Below are positions 1-8,958 of a stretch of 64,000 nucleotides of DNA, in pieces. Every line of letters begins with the position of its first letter. Positions within the stretch are counted from its first letter, which is position 1. Below the pieces are notes generated by a model. That model saw only the letters and a program-made list of their open reading frames with translations. It was not told where the DNA came from and did no database searches. The position numbers and the translations under genes were made by a program. Source of the DNA: Hoeflea sp. (lineage in GTDB: Bacteria > Pseudomonadota > Alphaproteobacteria > Rhizobiales > Rhizobiaceae); the NCBI RefSeq assembly GCF_965204935.1, contig NZ_CBDBFO010000002.1, one strand, 5' to 3'.

Positions 1-336
1 ATATGTCGGCAATCGTAATCAATCTATGAAAAAATTAGTGTCAGCCCTTTGCCACGTATTGGGATTGATACAGGCGGGCCTCCACTACAATACTACAACC
101 CTTACCAATCAACAATAGTCACCGAGGAATATTTTCCTATCGTGAATTTCACGTCTTCGCCCTTTAGGAACACCGCGTACTAATCTGAAAATGTAATTGG
201 ATCACCCGGTGTTGCATCTTTCCTTATCCCAAATAGCATCTTGGGGCCGATCGCATACCGGTCTTCCCTGACAGCGCAATAATCTGTCAGCTTGAGACCA
301 GCAGACTATTTTTCCCAAGTTGTTAAAGTCAATTGG

Positions 337-386
337 CCAACTTGCCAAGGTTGGGGTCGTGAGTTCGAATCTCATCGCCCGCTCCA
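337..386 (+). tRNA. Partial tRNA-Gly(GCC). Only the 3' half is present: anticodon arm, variable loop, T-arm, 3' acceptor strand and CCA. The 5' acceptor strand and D-arm are missing, so this is an att-type remnant and not a functional gene.
   Basis: Anticodon arm CCAAC-TTGCCAA-GTTGG with GCC at 344-346. T-arm GTGAG-TTCGAAT-CTCAT. The 3' end CGCCCGC-T-CCA finishes at 386. No complementary GCGGGCG strand or D-arm lies upstream. Confidence 0.7.
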
Positions 387-458
387 GATTTCCTTCGATG
401 AAATGGTGGTTTTCGACTGGCAAACCGGCCGCCCATTGCCGTTGCGCCAAGGCGATCC

Positions 459-896
459 CTAGAGAGCGGCAAAAACCAGCGCGACACCCAGCACGATTGA
501 CGCCAGCGCCGACAGACCGGCGCCTCCGCCGCGCAGCATCATGAAAATGCTCCTGCCGCCTTCGGCACCGATACCGTGCGAACCCGCTTCACTTGAAAAG
601 CCTGCAATATGCATCGCCCGTGCTAGGGCAAAGACGAGGGCGGTCCAGAAGGCGATCGCTGTCTGGCCGGCAAGAAGTTCATAGAGCGCCAGCGCAACGA
701 CGAAGATCGCGGCGTTTTCCGCAAGGTTTCCGTGGCGGCGCACCAGGCGCTCCAGCCGGACATTGCCGTCGACGCCGGCGGCCTTGCCCTGGCCGGTCCG
801 GAAGGTGCCCACCTGCACCATCAGGATGTTCTGGACGGCAAGCAGCGTTCCGCCGAGCAGCGCCGCATAAAGCGGCATGTTGGATATTGCTTCCAT
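459..896 (-). CDS. MAPEG-family small membrane protein
   Basis: 145-aa ORF with several hydrophobic helices and an RRHGNLAENAAIF-type loop typical of MAPEG proteins. Confidence 0.7.
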   Translation of the reverse strand: MEAISNMPLYAALLGGTLLAVQNILMVQVGTFRTGQGKAAGVDGNVRLERLVRRHGNLAENAAIFVVALALYELLAGQTAIAFWTALVFALARAMHIAGFSSEAGSHGIGAEGGRSIFMMLRGGGAGLSALASIVLGVALVFAAL

Positions 897-966
897 GGTC
901 TTTCCCTTTCAATGGTCGGAATACAAGGTACAGGGCCGAGTACATGCACGCTCGGCCTTCAACGCC

Positions 967-1950
967 TCAACTCGCATGGGGTGTCAATAGGACCTTGCCG
1001 TCGCGGCCGCCTTGCGCGGCGCGGGTGACCGCATCGGCAATCTCCTCCAGCGGGAAACGGGAATCGATGCGGGTCTTGATCTGCCCGCCGGCAACCAGCG
1101 GCATCAGCGTGCCGAACGCCGCCTGCCTGTCGTCCGGGCTGGCTGTTTCGTACCATTTGGCGAGCCAGAAGCCGCGCACATTGATGTCGTTGGCGATCAC
1201 CGTCGCGAGATTGAGTTGCGGCATCTGGCCTGACAGCACGCCGTAGGAAACGATCGTCGCGCCGTAGGCAAGCGTGCCGACAAGGCGCTCGAACGTTTCG
1301 CCCGCCACGCTGTCAAAACCGAGCAGGATCGCCGCGCCTCCGGTGGCCGCCCTGGCACGCTCAGCGAGATCCGGGCCGTCGGTCAGCACGACATCGGCGC
1401 CAAGCGATTTGAGCGCGGGGATGAGGTTCTCGCGCCGCACCACATTGACCGTCCTGATGCCACGCCGGGCGGCAAGCTGGACGACCAGTTCGCCGACGGC
1501 CGAATTGGCGGCGCTCTGGATGATCCAGTCGCCCTCCTTGAGATCCTTGAACCGGGACAAGAGCAGATGCGCCGTCAATGGATTGACTGCGATCATCGAG
1601 AGCTGTTCCGGATCGCCCGCGGGCGCCGGGATGAAGGCGCTGGCCGGCGCTGTCATTTCATCGCGCCAGGAGCCGCCCGCGCCGGCCAGAAGAACGTTCT
1701 GTCCGGGCGCAAGGTGCGTAACACCCTCACCGACCTCCAAAACTTCGGCGAACCCCTCGCCACCCGGAACGGACGGCAAGTCCGGCGATCCGGCATATTG
1801 CCCGGCGATCTGCAGCAGATTGGCAGGATGGATGGGCGTGGCAACGATCTTCACCCGGACTTCACCGGCGGCCGGCGGCTGTGACGGCTGTTCCTTCAGC
1901 TTCAGGACCTTTGCCGGATCGCCCAGTTCGGAAAACTCGATGATCTTCAT
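967..1950 (-). CDS. Medium-chain dehydrogenase/reductase: quinone oxidoreductase or enoyl-reductase-like, zinc-independent type
   Basis: MKIIEFSELGDP... N-terminus with GGAG upstream of the ATG at 1950. The AANSAVG nucleotide-binding stretch and overall MDR layout are present. The ORF-track start at 2007 is probably an upstream extension. Confidence 0.8.
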   Translation of the reverse strand: MKIIEFSELGDPAKVLKLKEQPSQPPAAGEVRVKIVATPIHPANLLQIAGQYAGSPDLPSVPGGEGFAEVLEVGEGVTHLAPGQNVLLAGAGGSWRDEMTAPASAFIPAPAGDPEQLSMIAVNPLTAHLLLSRFKDLKEGDWIIQSAANSAVGELVVQLAARRGIRTVNVVRRENLIPALKSLGADVVLTDGPDLAERARAATGGAAILLGFDSVAGETFERLVGTLAYGATIVSYGVLSGQMPQLNLATVIANDINVRGFWLAKWYETASPDDRQAAFGTLMPLVAGGQIKTRIDSRFPLEEIADAVTRAAQGGRDGKVLLTPHAS

Positions 1951-2024
1951 TTTAAAATCTCCGATTGTAATGAATATTGTTGTCGGGGAGGATATAAGCG
2001 CCGTCATATCGCCTGATAATCAGC

Positions 2025-2041
2025 GCAAATTGCAGATTTGC
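2025..2041. promoter_or_regulatory. Candidate LysR-type operator (GCAAAT-N5-ATTTGC palindrome) in a divergent promoter region
   Basis: Perfect 6-bp arms between the oxidoreductase start (1950) and the LysR start (2103). Confidence 0.3.
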
Positions 2042-2102
2042 ATTGTCTTTTGGACAATAATGAGTGAATTTCGAACAAACAGGCCCGCTCACGGAGGACG
2101 GC

Positions 2103-3062
2103 ATGGATCGCCTGCGCGCCATCAACTACTTCATCAAGGTCGCGGATCTCGGCAGTTTCACCGCGGCGGCGAGGGCCACAGGTGTCCCGGCATCATCGAT
2201 CTCGCGCCGGATTCAGGATCTGGAAACCGAGCTCGGCGTTTCGCTGCTGCATCGCACGACGCGTGTCGTGCGCCTGACGGAGCTGGGCAATTTCTATCTC
2301 GATCAGGTGCGGTCGGGCGTCAAGGCGCTCGATTATGCGCAGGATCTCATCAAGGACCGGGCCGCTTCGCCGTCGGGTCTCCTGCGGATGACCGCAACGC
2401 CCGGCTATGGCCGTTTCCTGCTGTTGCCGGCAATCAAGCGGCTGCGACGCAAATATCCCGACTTGGTGGTCGATGTGGAGCTGACGGACCAGGTGTCGGA
2501 CCTGGCCGGCAACGAGGTGGATATCGCGGTTCGCGCGACAGCAAGGCCGCCCGACCGCTCCATCGCCAGGAAACTGACCGACGAGAACTACGTGCTGGTT
2601 GCCGCGCCGGCCTATCTCGATGCATACGGCACCCCGAAAAGCCTCTCGGAACTTGGCCAGCACAGGACGATCCTTTATCGCGGCCCCGGCCGCATCGTCC
2701 ATTGGCAAGCCAAAACAGAGGAAGGATGGGTCGAGCTTCAGACAAGTCCAGCATTCATCTGCAACGTCGGGAGCGAACTGGTCGGCGAAGCCGTCGATGG
2801 AACCGGGCTGGCGCTGGTTCCGAAATGGGGCGTTGAAAGCCAGCTCGCCGATGGTTCACTCAAGGCCATCGCCCTGGCGGATGCGGAGTTGTCGCTTGCA
2901 AGGAGCGGATCGCCGGGCATTTACCTGCTCTACCACCAGCCCAAATACCGGCTGAACAAGATCAAGGCGACGGTCGATTTTCTTGTCGGAGAACTGGCGC
3001 GCAAAGGCCGGGCGGGCAACGCGCCTGGCGACACGTCCGGACAATCCCAATCAACGCCATGA
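2103..3062 (+). CDS. LysR-family transcriptional regulator
   Basis: N-terminal HTH MDRLRAINYFIKVADLGSFTAAARATGVPASSISRRIQDLE. GGAGGA lies upstream of the ATG at 2103. Divergent from the oxidoreductase. Confidence 0.85.
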   Translation: MDRLRAINYFIKVADLGSFTAAARATGVPASSISRRIQDLETELGVSLLHRTTRVVRLTELGNFYLDQVRSGVKALDYAQDLIKDRAASPSGLLRMTATPGYGRFLLLPAIKRLRRKYPDLVVDVELTDQVSDLAGNEVDIAVRATARPPDRSIARKLTDENYVLVAAPAYLDAYGTPKSLSELGQHRTILYRGPGRIVHWQAKTEEGWVELQTSPAFICNVGSELVGEAVDGTGLALVPKWGVESQLADGSLKAIALADAELSLARSGSPGIYLLYHQPKYRLNKIKATVDFLVGELARKGRAGNAPGDTSGQSQSTP

Positions 3063-3163
3063 TGCTGCTGCCGATTTCCATTTCATCGACAATACGCGAA
3101 TGCAAATGCAGTGGGTAAACCCCGTTCTGACCGGCTACCCACAGATCAAGAACTGGCCGCAGA

Positions 3164-4027
3164 TTGTATTTCTCACATATTGGCTATAGTTCGAATCAAT
3201 ATTTCATCGATACGTGCAACGGGCGCAAATTGGGATCCACGAGAGTCGTAGGCTGGTATGTCAAACGCAAGGGCTTTCTGGTCGAGCGCTGGGTCGGTCA
3301 TCAGGCCGTAAGCCAGCTTCTTCAATCCCTTCAACCGGTAACAACGCAGCATCCTCTGCTTCGGTTGGGCGGCAATGCGGACGGCGGATATCTGGTGCCG
3401 GATGATCTTGAAGGCATATCGGCATGTTTTTCACCCGGCGTCGGGGACTCCAGCGATTTCGAGAACGATCTCGCGAGGCGCGACATCCGCTCCTTTCTGG
3501 CCGACTATTCCGTTGATGGACCGCCCAGTCCGAATCCTTACTTCAACTTTGAAAGGAAATTCGTCGGAACGACAAATGATGAGGCCACCATCAGGCTGGG
3601 AGACTGGGTGGAGGCGACGGGGTGTTCCCCGGACGATGATCTGATCCTGCAAATGGATATTGAAGGGGCCGAATACGAGGTCATTCTTGATGTCCCGGAG
3701 GACGTTCTGGCCCGTTTCCGGATCGTGGTTGTTGAGTTTCACGACCTGCCTTTGTTTTTGGGCAAGATAGGGTTTCGCTTCGCAAAGGCCGTGTTCGACA
3801 AGCTGCTCAGGCACCACACTGTTGTGCATCTGCACCCGAACAGCACGACCCCTGTGATTGATTTTCGCGGGTTCAGCATTCCCGCTGTTATGGAGTTTAC
3901 GTTTCTGCGCAATGATCGGATTGAGCAAAGATCACCGGCGCGCACATTCCCACACCCTCTGGATCGACCAAACGAGCCGTCGTCGGACGAAGTCGTGCTG
4001 CCGGATTGCTGGTTCAATAGCCGCTAG
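3164..4027 (+). CDS. Hypothetical protein with an FkbM-like methyltransferase signature
   Basis: 287-aa ORF. The QMDIEGAEYEVILDV stretch resembles the FkbM/Methyltransf_21 C-terminal motif. Local GC is lower than in the neighbouring genes. The start codon is uncertain. Confidence 0.45.
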   Translation: MYFSHIGYSSNQYFIDTCNGRKLGSTRVVGWYVKRKGFLVERWVGHQAVSQLLQSLQPVTTQHPLLRLGGNADGGYLVPDDLEGISACFSPGVGDSSDFENDLARRDIRSFLADYSVDGPPSPNPYFNFERKFVGTTNDEATIRLGDWVEATGCSPDDDLILQMDIEGAEYEVILDVPEDVLARFRIVVVEFHDLPLFLGKIGFRFAKAVFDKLLRHHTVVHLHPNSTTPVIDFRGFSIPAVMEFTFLRNDRIEQRSPARTFPHPLDRPNEPSSDEVVLPDCWFNSR

Positions 4028-4099
4028 AGCGTGTCTGGCAACACCGTTGGGCAATCGCAACGGCAGCGGCGCAAAAGACACGTGTCCTATGCAGCCCCT

Positions 4100-4834
4100 T
4101 CAGCCATAGACGGACCGCTGGAAAAGCTCCTGCCCGTAGGGGGACGCCAATTGTCCGGACCGGAGCGCGGCGGTGTTCGCCGTTTCCTCGATGCGACCGG
4201 CGTGCAGGATGGCCAGCTGATCGCACAGAAAGCTGACGACCGGCAGATCATGGGTGACCAGCAGGAAGGTCAGGTTTTTCTCCTCCCGCAGGGACTTCAG
4301 AAGGTTCAGGATTTCCGCCTGGACGCTGACATCGAGGGCGCTGGTGGGCTCGTCCAGCAGCAAAACAGGCGGGTTCAGCATGAGCGCGCGGGCGATTGCC
4401 ACGCGCTGGCGTTGCCCGCCGGACAGCTGATGCGGAAGGCGAAAACGGAACCGCCGCGGAAGGCCGACAGCATCGAGCATGGCAATAACCTGCCCGTCGC
4501 GGTCCGGAACACCGTGGATGAGCAGAGGCTCGTTGAGCGTGTCGTCAATGGTACGGCGCGGGTGCAGGCTGCCATAGGGGTCCTGGAACACCATCTGGAC
4601 CTGGCGCGCCCGTTCGCTGGCCGTCAGGGTCCGACCGGCATCGGTGTTTTCACCGATTCTCAACGTCCCGCTGTATGCCGGCAATTGACCCGCCAGCGCC
4701 TTCAGGATGGTCGATTTTCCCGAGCCCGATTCCCCGACCAGCGCAAAACTCTCGCCCGTTGCGACATCGAATGAGACGCCGTGCAGGACGCGCACATCCC
4801 TGAAGCTGACGGAGAGGTCCTTGACGTGGATCAT
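4100..4834 (-). CDS. ABC transporter ATP-binding protein, DppF/OppF type
   Basis: Walker A GESGSGKST, signature LSGGQRQR, Walker B LLLLDEPTSALD and H-loop VTHDL. Confidence 0.9.
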   Translation of the reverse strand: MIHVKDLSVSFRDVRVLHGVSFDVATGESFALVGESGSGKSTILKALAGQLPAYSGTLRIGENTDAGRTLTASERARQVQMVFQDPYGSLHPRRTIDDTLNEPLLIHGVPDRDGQVIAMLDAVGLPRRFRFRLPHQLSGGQRQRVAIARALMLNPPVLLLDEPTSALDVSVQAEILNLLKSLREEKNLTFLLVTHDLPVVSFLCDQLAILHAGRIEETANTAALRSGQLASPYGQELFQRSVYG

Positions 4835-5642
4835 AGCTTCTCCCGGTCCAGCACCGGCAGACGGTCGCGCGTCTCGTCGATGGTGGGAAGGCTCGCCACC
4901 AGACCGCGCGTATAGGGGTGTTTCGCATCAAGGAGCGCGCCGGAGGCGATCTCTTCGACAAACTCTCCGCGATACATCACCAGGATACGGTCGCACCAGC
5001 GTGCGACCATGTTGAGATCGTGCGAGATCAGGATCAGACCCATCATACGAGATCGGCGAGAATGTCGAGCACCTGGCCGCGCACCGAAACATCCAGCGCA
5101 CTTGTGGGTTCGTCCGCGATCATCAGGGTTGGCTCAAGCACCACCATCATTGCGATCATGGCCCTTTGGCCCATCCCGCCGGACACTTCGTGCGGAAAGA
5201 GGCGTGCGACGCGTTCCGGGTCCTTGATGCGTACGGCGGCAAGCGCTTCAAGCATCCGCTCGCGGCGCTCCCGCCTGCCGAGCGTCCCGTGCACAGCCAT
5301 GGCCTCTTCAATCTGCTCGCCGATCCTGATCACCGGGTTGAGGCTGAACTTCGGGTCCTGCAGCACCATCGACATGGCCGTGCCGCGCAGGTCGCGCATT
5401 GCATCTTCGGAAAGGTTGCGCAAATCCCTGCCGTCGAACGTCATCTGGTCGGCTGTTACCCGTCCCGGCGCGGGAACAAGGCCCATGATGGCCCGGCCCG
5501 TCATGCTTTTGCCGGATCCGCTTTCGCCGACAATCCCCAGCCTTTCGCGCCCCAGCGTAAAGCTCAAACCGCGCACGACTTCGACCGGCCCCTGATCTGA
5601 AGGAAACGTAACGCGCAGATTTTCCACTGAAAGAAGGCTCAT
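4831..5642 (-). pseudogene. ABC transporter ATP-binding protein, DppD/OppD type, split by a frameshift between the D-loop and the H-loop
   Basis: ORF 5043..5642 carries Walker A GESGSGKS, the signature VSGGMGQR, and Walker B plus D-loop ADEPTSALDVS. It stops at ...LDILADLV*. ORF 4831..5046, in another frame, continues as MGLILISHDL (H-loop). The linker is about 4 residues shorter than in the paralogue at 4100..4834. Confidence 0.7.
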
Positions 5643-6541
5643 CCCCGCGCCCTTTGTTTCGGGTCCAGCACGTCACGCAGACCGTCACCGAACAGACAGA
5701 ACCCCAGCGACACGATCACGATGGCGAAACCCGGCATGGTGGCCACCCACCATTGATCCAGTATGAAGGACCGCCCGCGCGAAATCATCGCGCCCCACTC
5801 GGGCAGGGGCGGCTGCGCGCCGAGGCCAAGAAAGCCGAGGCCCGCGGCGGTCAGGATGATGCCGGCCATATCGAGCGTCACGCGGACAATCGTCGAGGAT
5901 ATGCAAAGCGGCATGACATGGAGCGCGATGATCCGCAGCCGCGAGGCGCCCTGCATCCGGATCGCGTCGAGAAACTCGGAATTGCGAAAAGTCAGCACTT
6001 CGGCGCGTGCGATCCGGGCATAGACAGGCCAGGCGGCAATCGCGATGGCGATCACCGCGTTTTCGATCCCAGGGCCAAGCGCGGCCACAAAGGCGAGCGC
6101 CAGCACCAGCCTGGGCAGCGACAGGAAAATGTCGGTCAACCCCATCAGCACACGGTCCACCCAGCCGCCGAAATAGCCCGCAACCGTGCCGATCATCAGC
6201 CCCAGCGGCGCAGAGATGACCGCGACGAGCAAAACGATCATCAAGGTGATGCGTGCGCCATAGATCACGCGCGACAGAATATCCCTGCCCAGTTCATCGG
6301 TGCCCATCCAGTGGGCGGCCGAAGGCGGCTGAAGACGGTCGGCCAGCGTCCCCTCGACCGGTGAATAGGGAGCGAGCCAGGGTGCGAATGCGGCGACCAG
6401 CAGCAGGGCGAGGATGATCATCAGGCCGACCATCGCCAGCGGGTTGCGCGCCAGATCCCGCGCCAGCCGATAGGAGACTCCCAGACGCGCCTGCATGCGG
6501 GTTTCGGGATCATCCGACAGGAGCCAGTCTCGAGTGATCAT
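5639..6541 (-). CDS. ABC transporter permease, DppC/OppC type
   Basis: 300-aa polytopic protein with the BPD-transporter EAA-like region. Its ends overlap the flanking genes by 4 bp. Confidence 0.9.
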   Translation of the reverse strand: MITRDWLLSDDPETRMQARLGVSYRLARDLARNPLAMVGLMIILALLLVAAFAPWLAPYSPVEGTLADRLQPPSAAHWMGTDELGRDILSRVIYGARITLMIVLLVAVISAPLGLMIGTVAGYFGGWVDRVLMGLTDIFLSLPRLVLALAFVAALGPGIENAVIAIAIAAWPVYARIARAEVLTFRNSEFLDAIRMQGASRLRIIALHVMPLCISSTIVRVTLDMAGIILTAAGLGFLGLGAQPPLPEWGAMISRGRSFILDQWWVATMPGFAIVIVSLGFCLFGDGLRDVLDPKQRARG

Positions 6542-7551
6542 GCGCGCGCCCTCGGATCCAGCAGGCGGTAGAGCGCGTCAGACCCCTTGTTGATCCCGAC
6601 AAAGACGGCTCCGATCACCAGTGTCGCGCCCAGGACGGCGTTCATGTCGGCGTTCAGCAATGCCGTTGTCAGATAGTTGCCGATGCCCGGCCAGCTGAAG
6701 ACCGTTTCGATCATGACCGAGCCTTCCAGCAGGCCGGCATAGCTCAGGCCGATGACCGTGATCAGTTGCACGCGTATGGGCCGGAACGCATGTCTCCATA
6801 GGATCAGCCGTTCCGGCACGCCTTTGACGCGGGCGGTGGTAATGAACTCCTGGCCGAGCTGTTCAAGCATGAAACTGCGGGTCATCCGCGCGATATAGGC
6901 AAGTGCAAAGAAACCCAGGATCGAGGCGGGCAGGATGATATGCGAAAACGCGCTTCTGAACGCCTCCCAATCTCCGGCAATGGCGCTGTCTACAAGCAAG
7001 AGTCCGGTGCGGGTCGGGACTGTTCCATCGAGAAAGAAATCGATCCGCCCCGGACCGCCGACCCAGCGCAGATGGGCGTAGAAGATCACCAGGCCGACCA
7101 GACCCAGCCAGAAAGCGGGAATGGCGTATCCCGCAAGGCCTACGACGCGAATGACCTGATCGACCAGTTGACCCTGGCGCGCTGCCGCGAAAACCCCCAT
7201 CGGAATGCCAAGTGCGACGCCGATAATGATACCGAGCGTCGCCATCTCGAATGTGGCGGGAAAAACGCGGGTCAGGTCCTCCGCCACCGGTCGGCCGGTG
7301 GAAACGGACATGCCGAGTTCGCCTTGAGCCACCTGGCCGACGTAACGGATGAACTGCACCACCAGGGGATCGTCGAGACCCATAGCTTCTTTTGTCGCGT
7401 TGTACGTCTCGATACTGGCGCGGTCGCCGACAACGGCCACCACCGGATCAATGGGAACAACGCGGCCGATCACGAATGTGATCGCCAGCAGGCCGAGAAA
7501 GGTAACTGCCAGGGTCAGCAGGAACTGGGCGGCGGGCAAGGCTCGGGTCAA
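6538..7551 (-). CDS. ABC transporter permease, DppB/OppB type
   Basis: 337-aa polytopic protein ending ...LYRLLDPRAR, a typical DppB C-terminus. First gene of the minus-strand operon. Confidence 0.9.
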   Translation of the reverse strand: MTRALPAAQFLLTLAVTFLGLLAITFVIGRVVPIDPVVAVVGDRASIETYNATKEAMGLDDPLVVQFIRYVGQVAQGELGMSVSTGRPVAEDLTRVFPATFEMATLGIIIGVALGIPMGVFAAARQGQLVDQVIRVVGLAGYAIPAFWLGLVGLVIFYAHLRWVGGPGRIDFFLDGTVPTRTGLLLVDSAIAGDWEAFRSAFSHIILPASILGFFALAYIARMTRSFMLEQLGQEFITTARVKGVPERLILWRHAFRPIRVQLITVIGLSYAGLLEGSVMIETVFSWPGIGNYLTTALLNADMNAVLGATLVIGAVFVGINKGSDALYRLLDPRARA

Positions 7552-7637
7552 GACGGGCTCCCTTTACCTATGGTTACCAAACGAGCTTTGACGCATCAAA
7601 ATTTTTTTACTAGCATAAAAATATTATTTGGAACCCG

Positions 7638-8264
7638 ATGTCTGAACCCATGACGAAACTGGACTACGCCCGCCCCCCTGCTTTCGGCGGGCGCATACGG
7701 GACATGCGCCGCAAGGCCAACCTGACTCTGCAAGTTCTGGCAGATCAGGCGGGCATTTCGGTTGGATTCCTCAGCCAGGTTGAACGGGGCAAAGCCACAC
7801 CCAGCCTGGGAACGCTGGCCAGCCTTGCCGCGACATTGGGGGTCGGCGTTGATGTCTTTGTCTCCAATCCCAAACCGTCTGACAGCGTGACGCGCGAGGG
7901 CGAGCGGCCGCAATTCGCACTGGACGATTCATCGCTGTCCTATGAGCATATTTCGACCACCCTTCCCGGCGGCACGATTTCGTCGCTTATCATACATATT
8001 CCCGAAGGCTATGCGTCCGAGGTGACGGCACATTTCGGCGAAGAGCTGATCTACGTGCTGGAGGGTACGGTTCGACAGTCGCTGGACGGGGCGCAGTTTG
8101 TTTTAAATCCCGGCGACAGCCTGCACTTCATGGGGGATACGCCCCATGCCTTTGCCAACATCGGCAGCGGCCCGGCAAAGCTGCTGTGGACGGGTACATC
8201 GCCAAGATTACTTGGGCCAAGGCCCTCAGCCAATTCCAACAACAACATCAAAGGGAGAGACTGA
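7638..8264 (+). CDS. XRE-family HTH regulator with a C-terminal cupin domain
   Basis: HTH LTLQVLADQAGISVGFLSQVERGKATPSL and cupin GEELIYVLEG...GDSLHF...PHAF. The stop codon overlaps the next ATG (TGATG). Confidence 0.85.
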   Translation: MSEPMTKLDYARPPAFGGRIRDMRRKANLTLQVLADQAGISVGFLSQVERGKATPSLGTLASLAATLGVGVDVFVSNPKPSDSVTREGERPQFALDDSSLSYEHISTTLPGGTISSLIIHIPEGYASEVTAHFGEELIYVLEGTVRQSLDGAQFVLNPGDSLHFMGDTPHAFANIGSGPAKLLWTGTSPRLLGPRPSANSNNNIKGRD

Positions 8265-8958
8265 TGAAATATCTACCGAACCTCCTCAAGGCGGCGGCCG
8301 TGAGCCTCGTCGCGCTGTCCGCGGCGCCGGCCTGGGCCGAAACACCTGCCAACGCGCTTGTCATTGCGCAGAACATCGATGACATCGTTACGATTGACCC
8401 GGCGTCGGCCTATGAATTCACCTCGGGTGAATATGTCGCCAACACCTATGATCAGCTTGTTCAATACGATGCCGATGACACCACCAAGCTGGCACCCGGA
8501 CTGGCAAAGAGCTGGGAGATCGATGCTGACGCCAAGACGGTGACATTCGAGTTGCGCGACGGTGTCAAATTCTCGTCTGGCAACCCGCTGCGCGGGACCG
8601 ATGTTCTGGAAAGCTGGAAACGTGTTCTGGTGCTTCAGAAAGCGCCGGCGTTTATCCTTGAAAATCTGGGCTGGACCGCCGAAAACATCGAGGAAATGGT
8701 AACCATTGACGGCAACACCGTAACGGTTCGCTGGACCGGCGATTTCGCGCCCTCCTTTGTCCTGAACGTGCTCGCCGCACGCCCGGCCGCGGTCGTGGAT
8801 ATCGAGACAGCGATGGCAAACCAGGTGGATGGTGATCTGGGCCACGCCTGGCTGAACCAGAACAGCGCCGGGACCGGCCCGTTCACACTGGCACGCTATG
8901 CACCGGGTGAAGTGCTGATGCTTGAGGCCAACGCCAATTACTGGAACACCGCGCCTAA

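Noticed and set aside
243-386. I considered whether the T-arm/acceptor end at 355-386 belongs to a tmRNA (ssrA), including the permuted two-piece alphaproteobacterial type. The upstream GGGGCCG at 243-249 would then be the 5' acceptor strand.
   Set aside because: The segment immediately upstream forms a standard anticodon arm with a GCC anticodon and matches tRNA-Gly colinearly. GGGGCCG does not pair cleanly with the 3' strand. No tag-peptide reading frame or pseudoknot-like structure is apparent, and the span is far too short for tmRNA.
202-544. ORF-track entries 202..450 (-) and 320..544 (+), which overlap the tRNA fragment.
   Set aside because: Both read through the tRNA-derived sequence. 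They have no ribosome-binding site or recognisable motifs and are explained by the RNA-gene remnant.
1274-2836. A 520-aa plus-strand ORF spanning the oxidoreductase and LysR genes.
   Set aside because: It lies antisense or out of frame to two well-supported genes. Its Arg/Ala/Pro/Ser-rich low-complexity translation is typical of high-GC shadow ORFs.
4831-5046. Treating the 71-aa ORF as an independent small gene coupled by an ATGA overlap to the upstream ORF.
   Set aside because: It encodes only the H-loop and C-terminal part of an ABC nucleotide-binding domain, and the upstream ORF encodes only the Walker A to D-loop part. Neither is a viable stand-alone domain, so a frameshift is the simpler explanation.
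7587-7600. TTTGA-CGCA-TCAAA dyad in the permease/XRE divergent promoter, considered as an FNR/FixK box.
   Set aside because: The spacing is TTGA-N4-TCAA. The FNR/FixK consensus is TTGAT-N4-ATCAA, that is, TTGA-N6-TCAA. It may still be an operator, for instance for the XRE-cupin regulator, but I cannot support a specific call.
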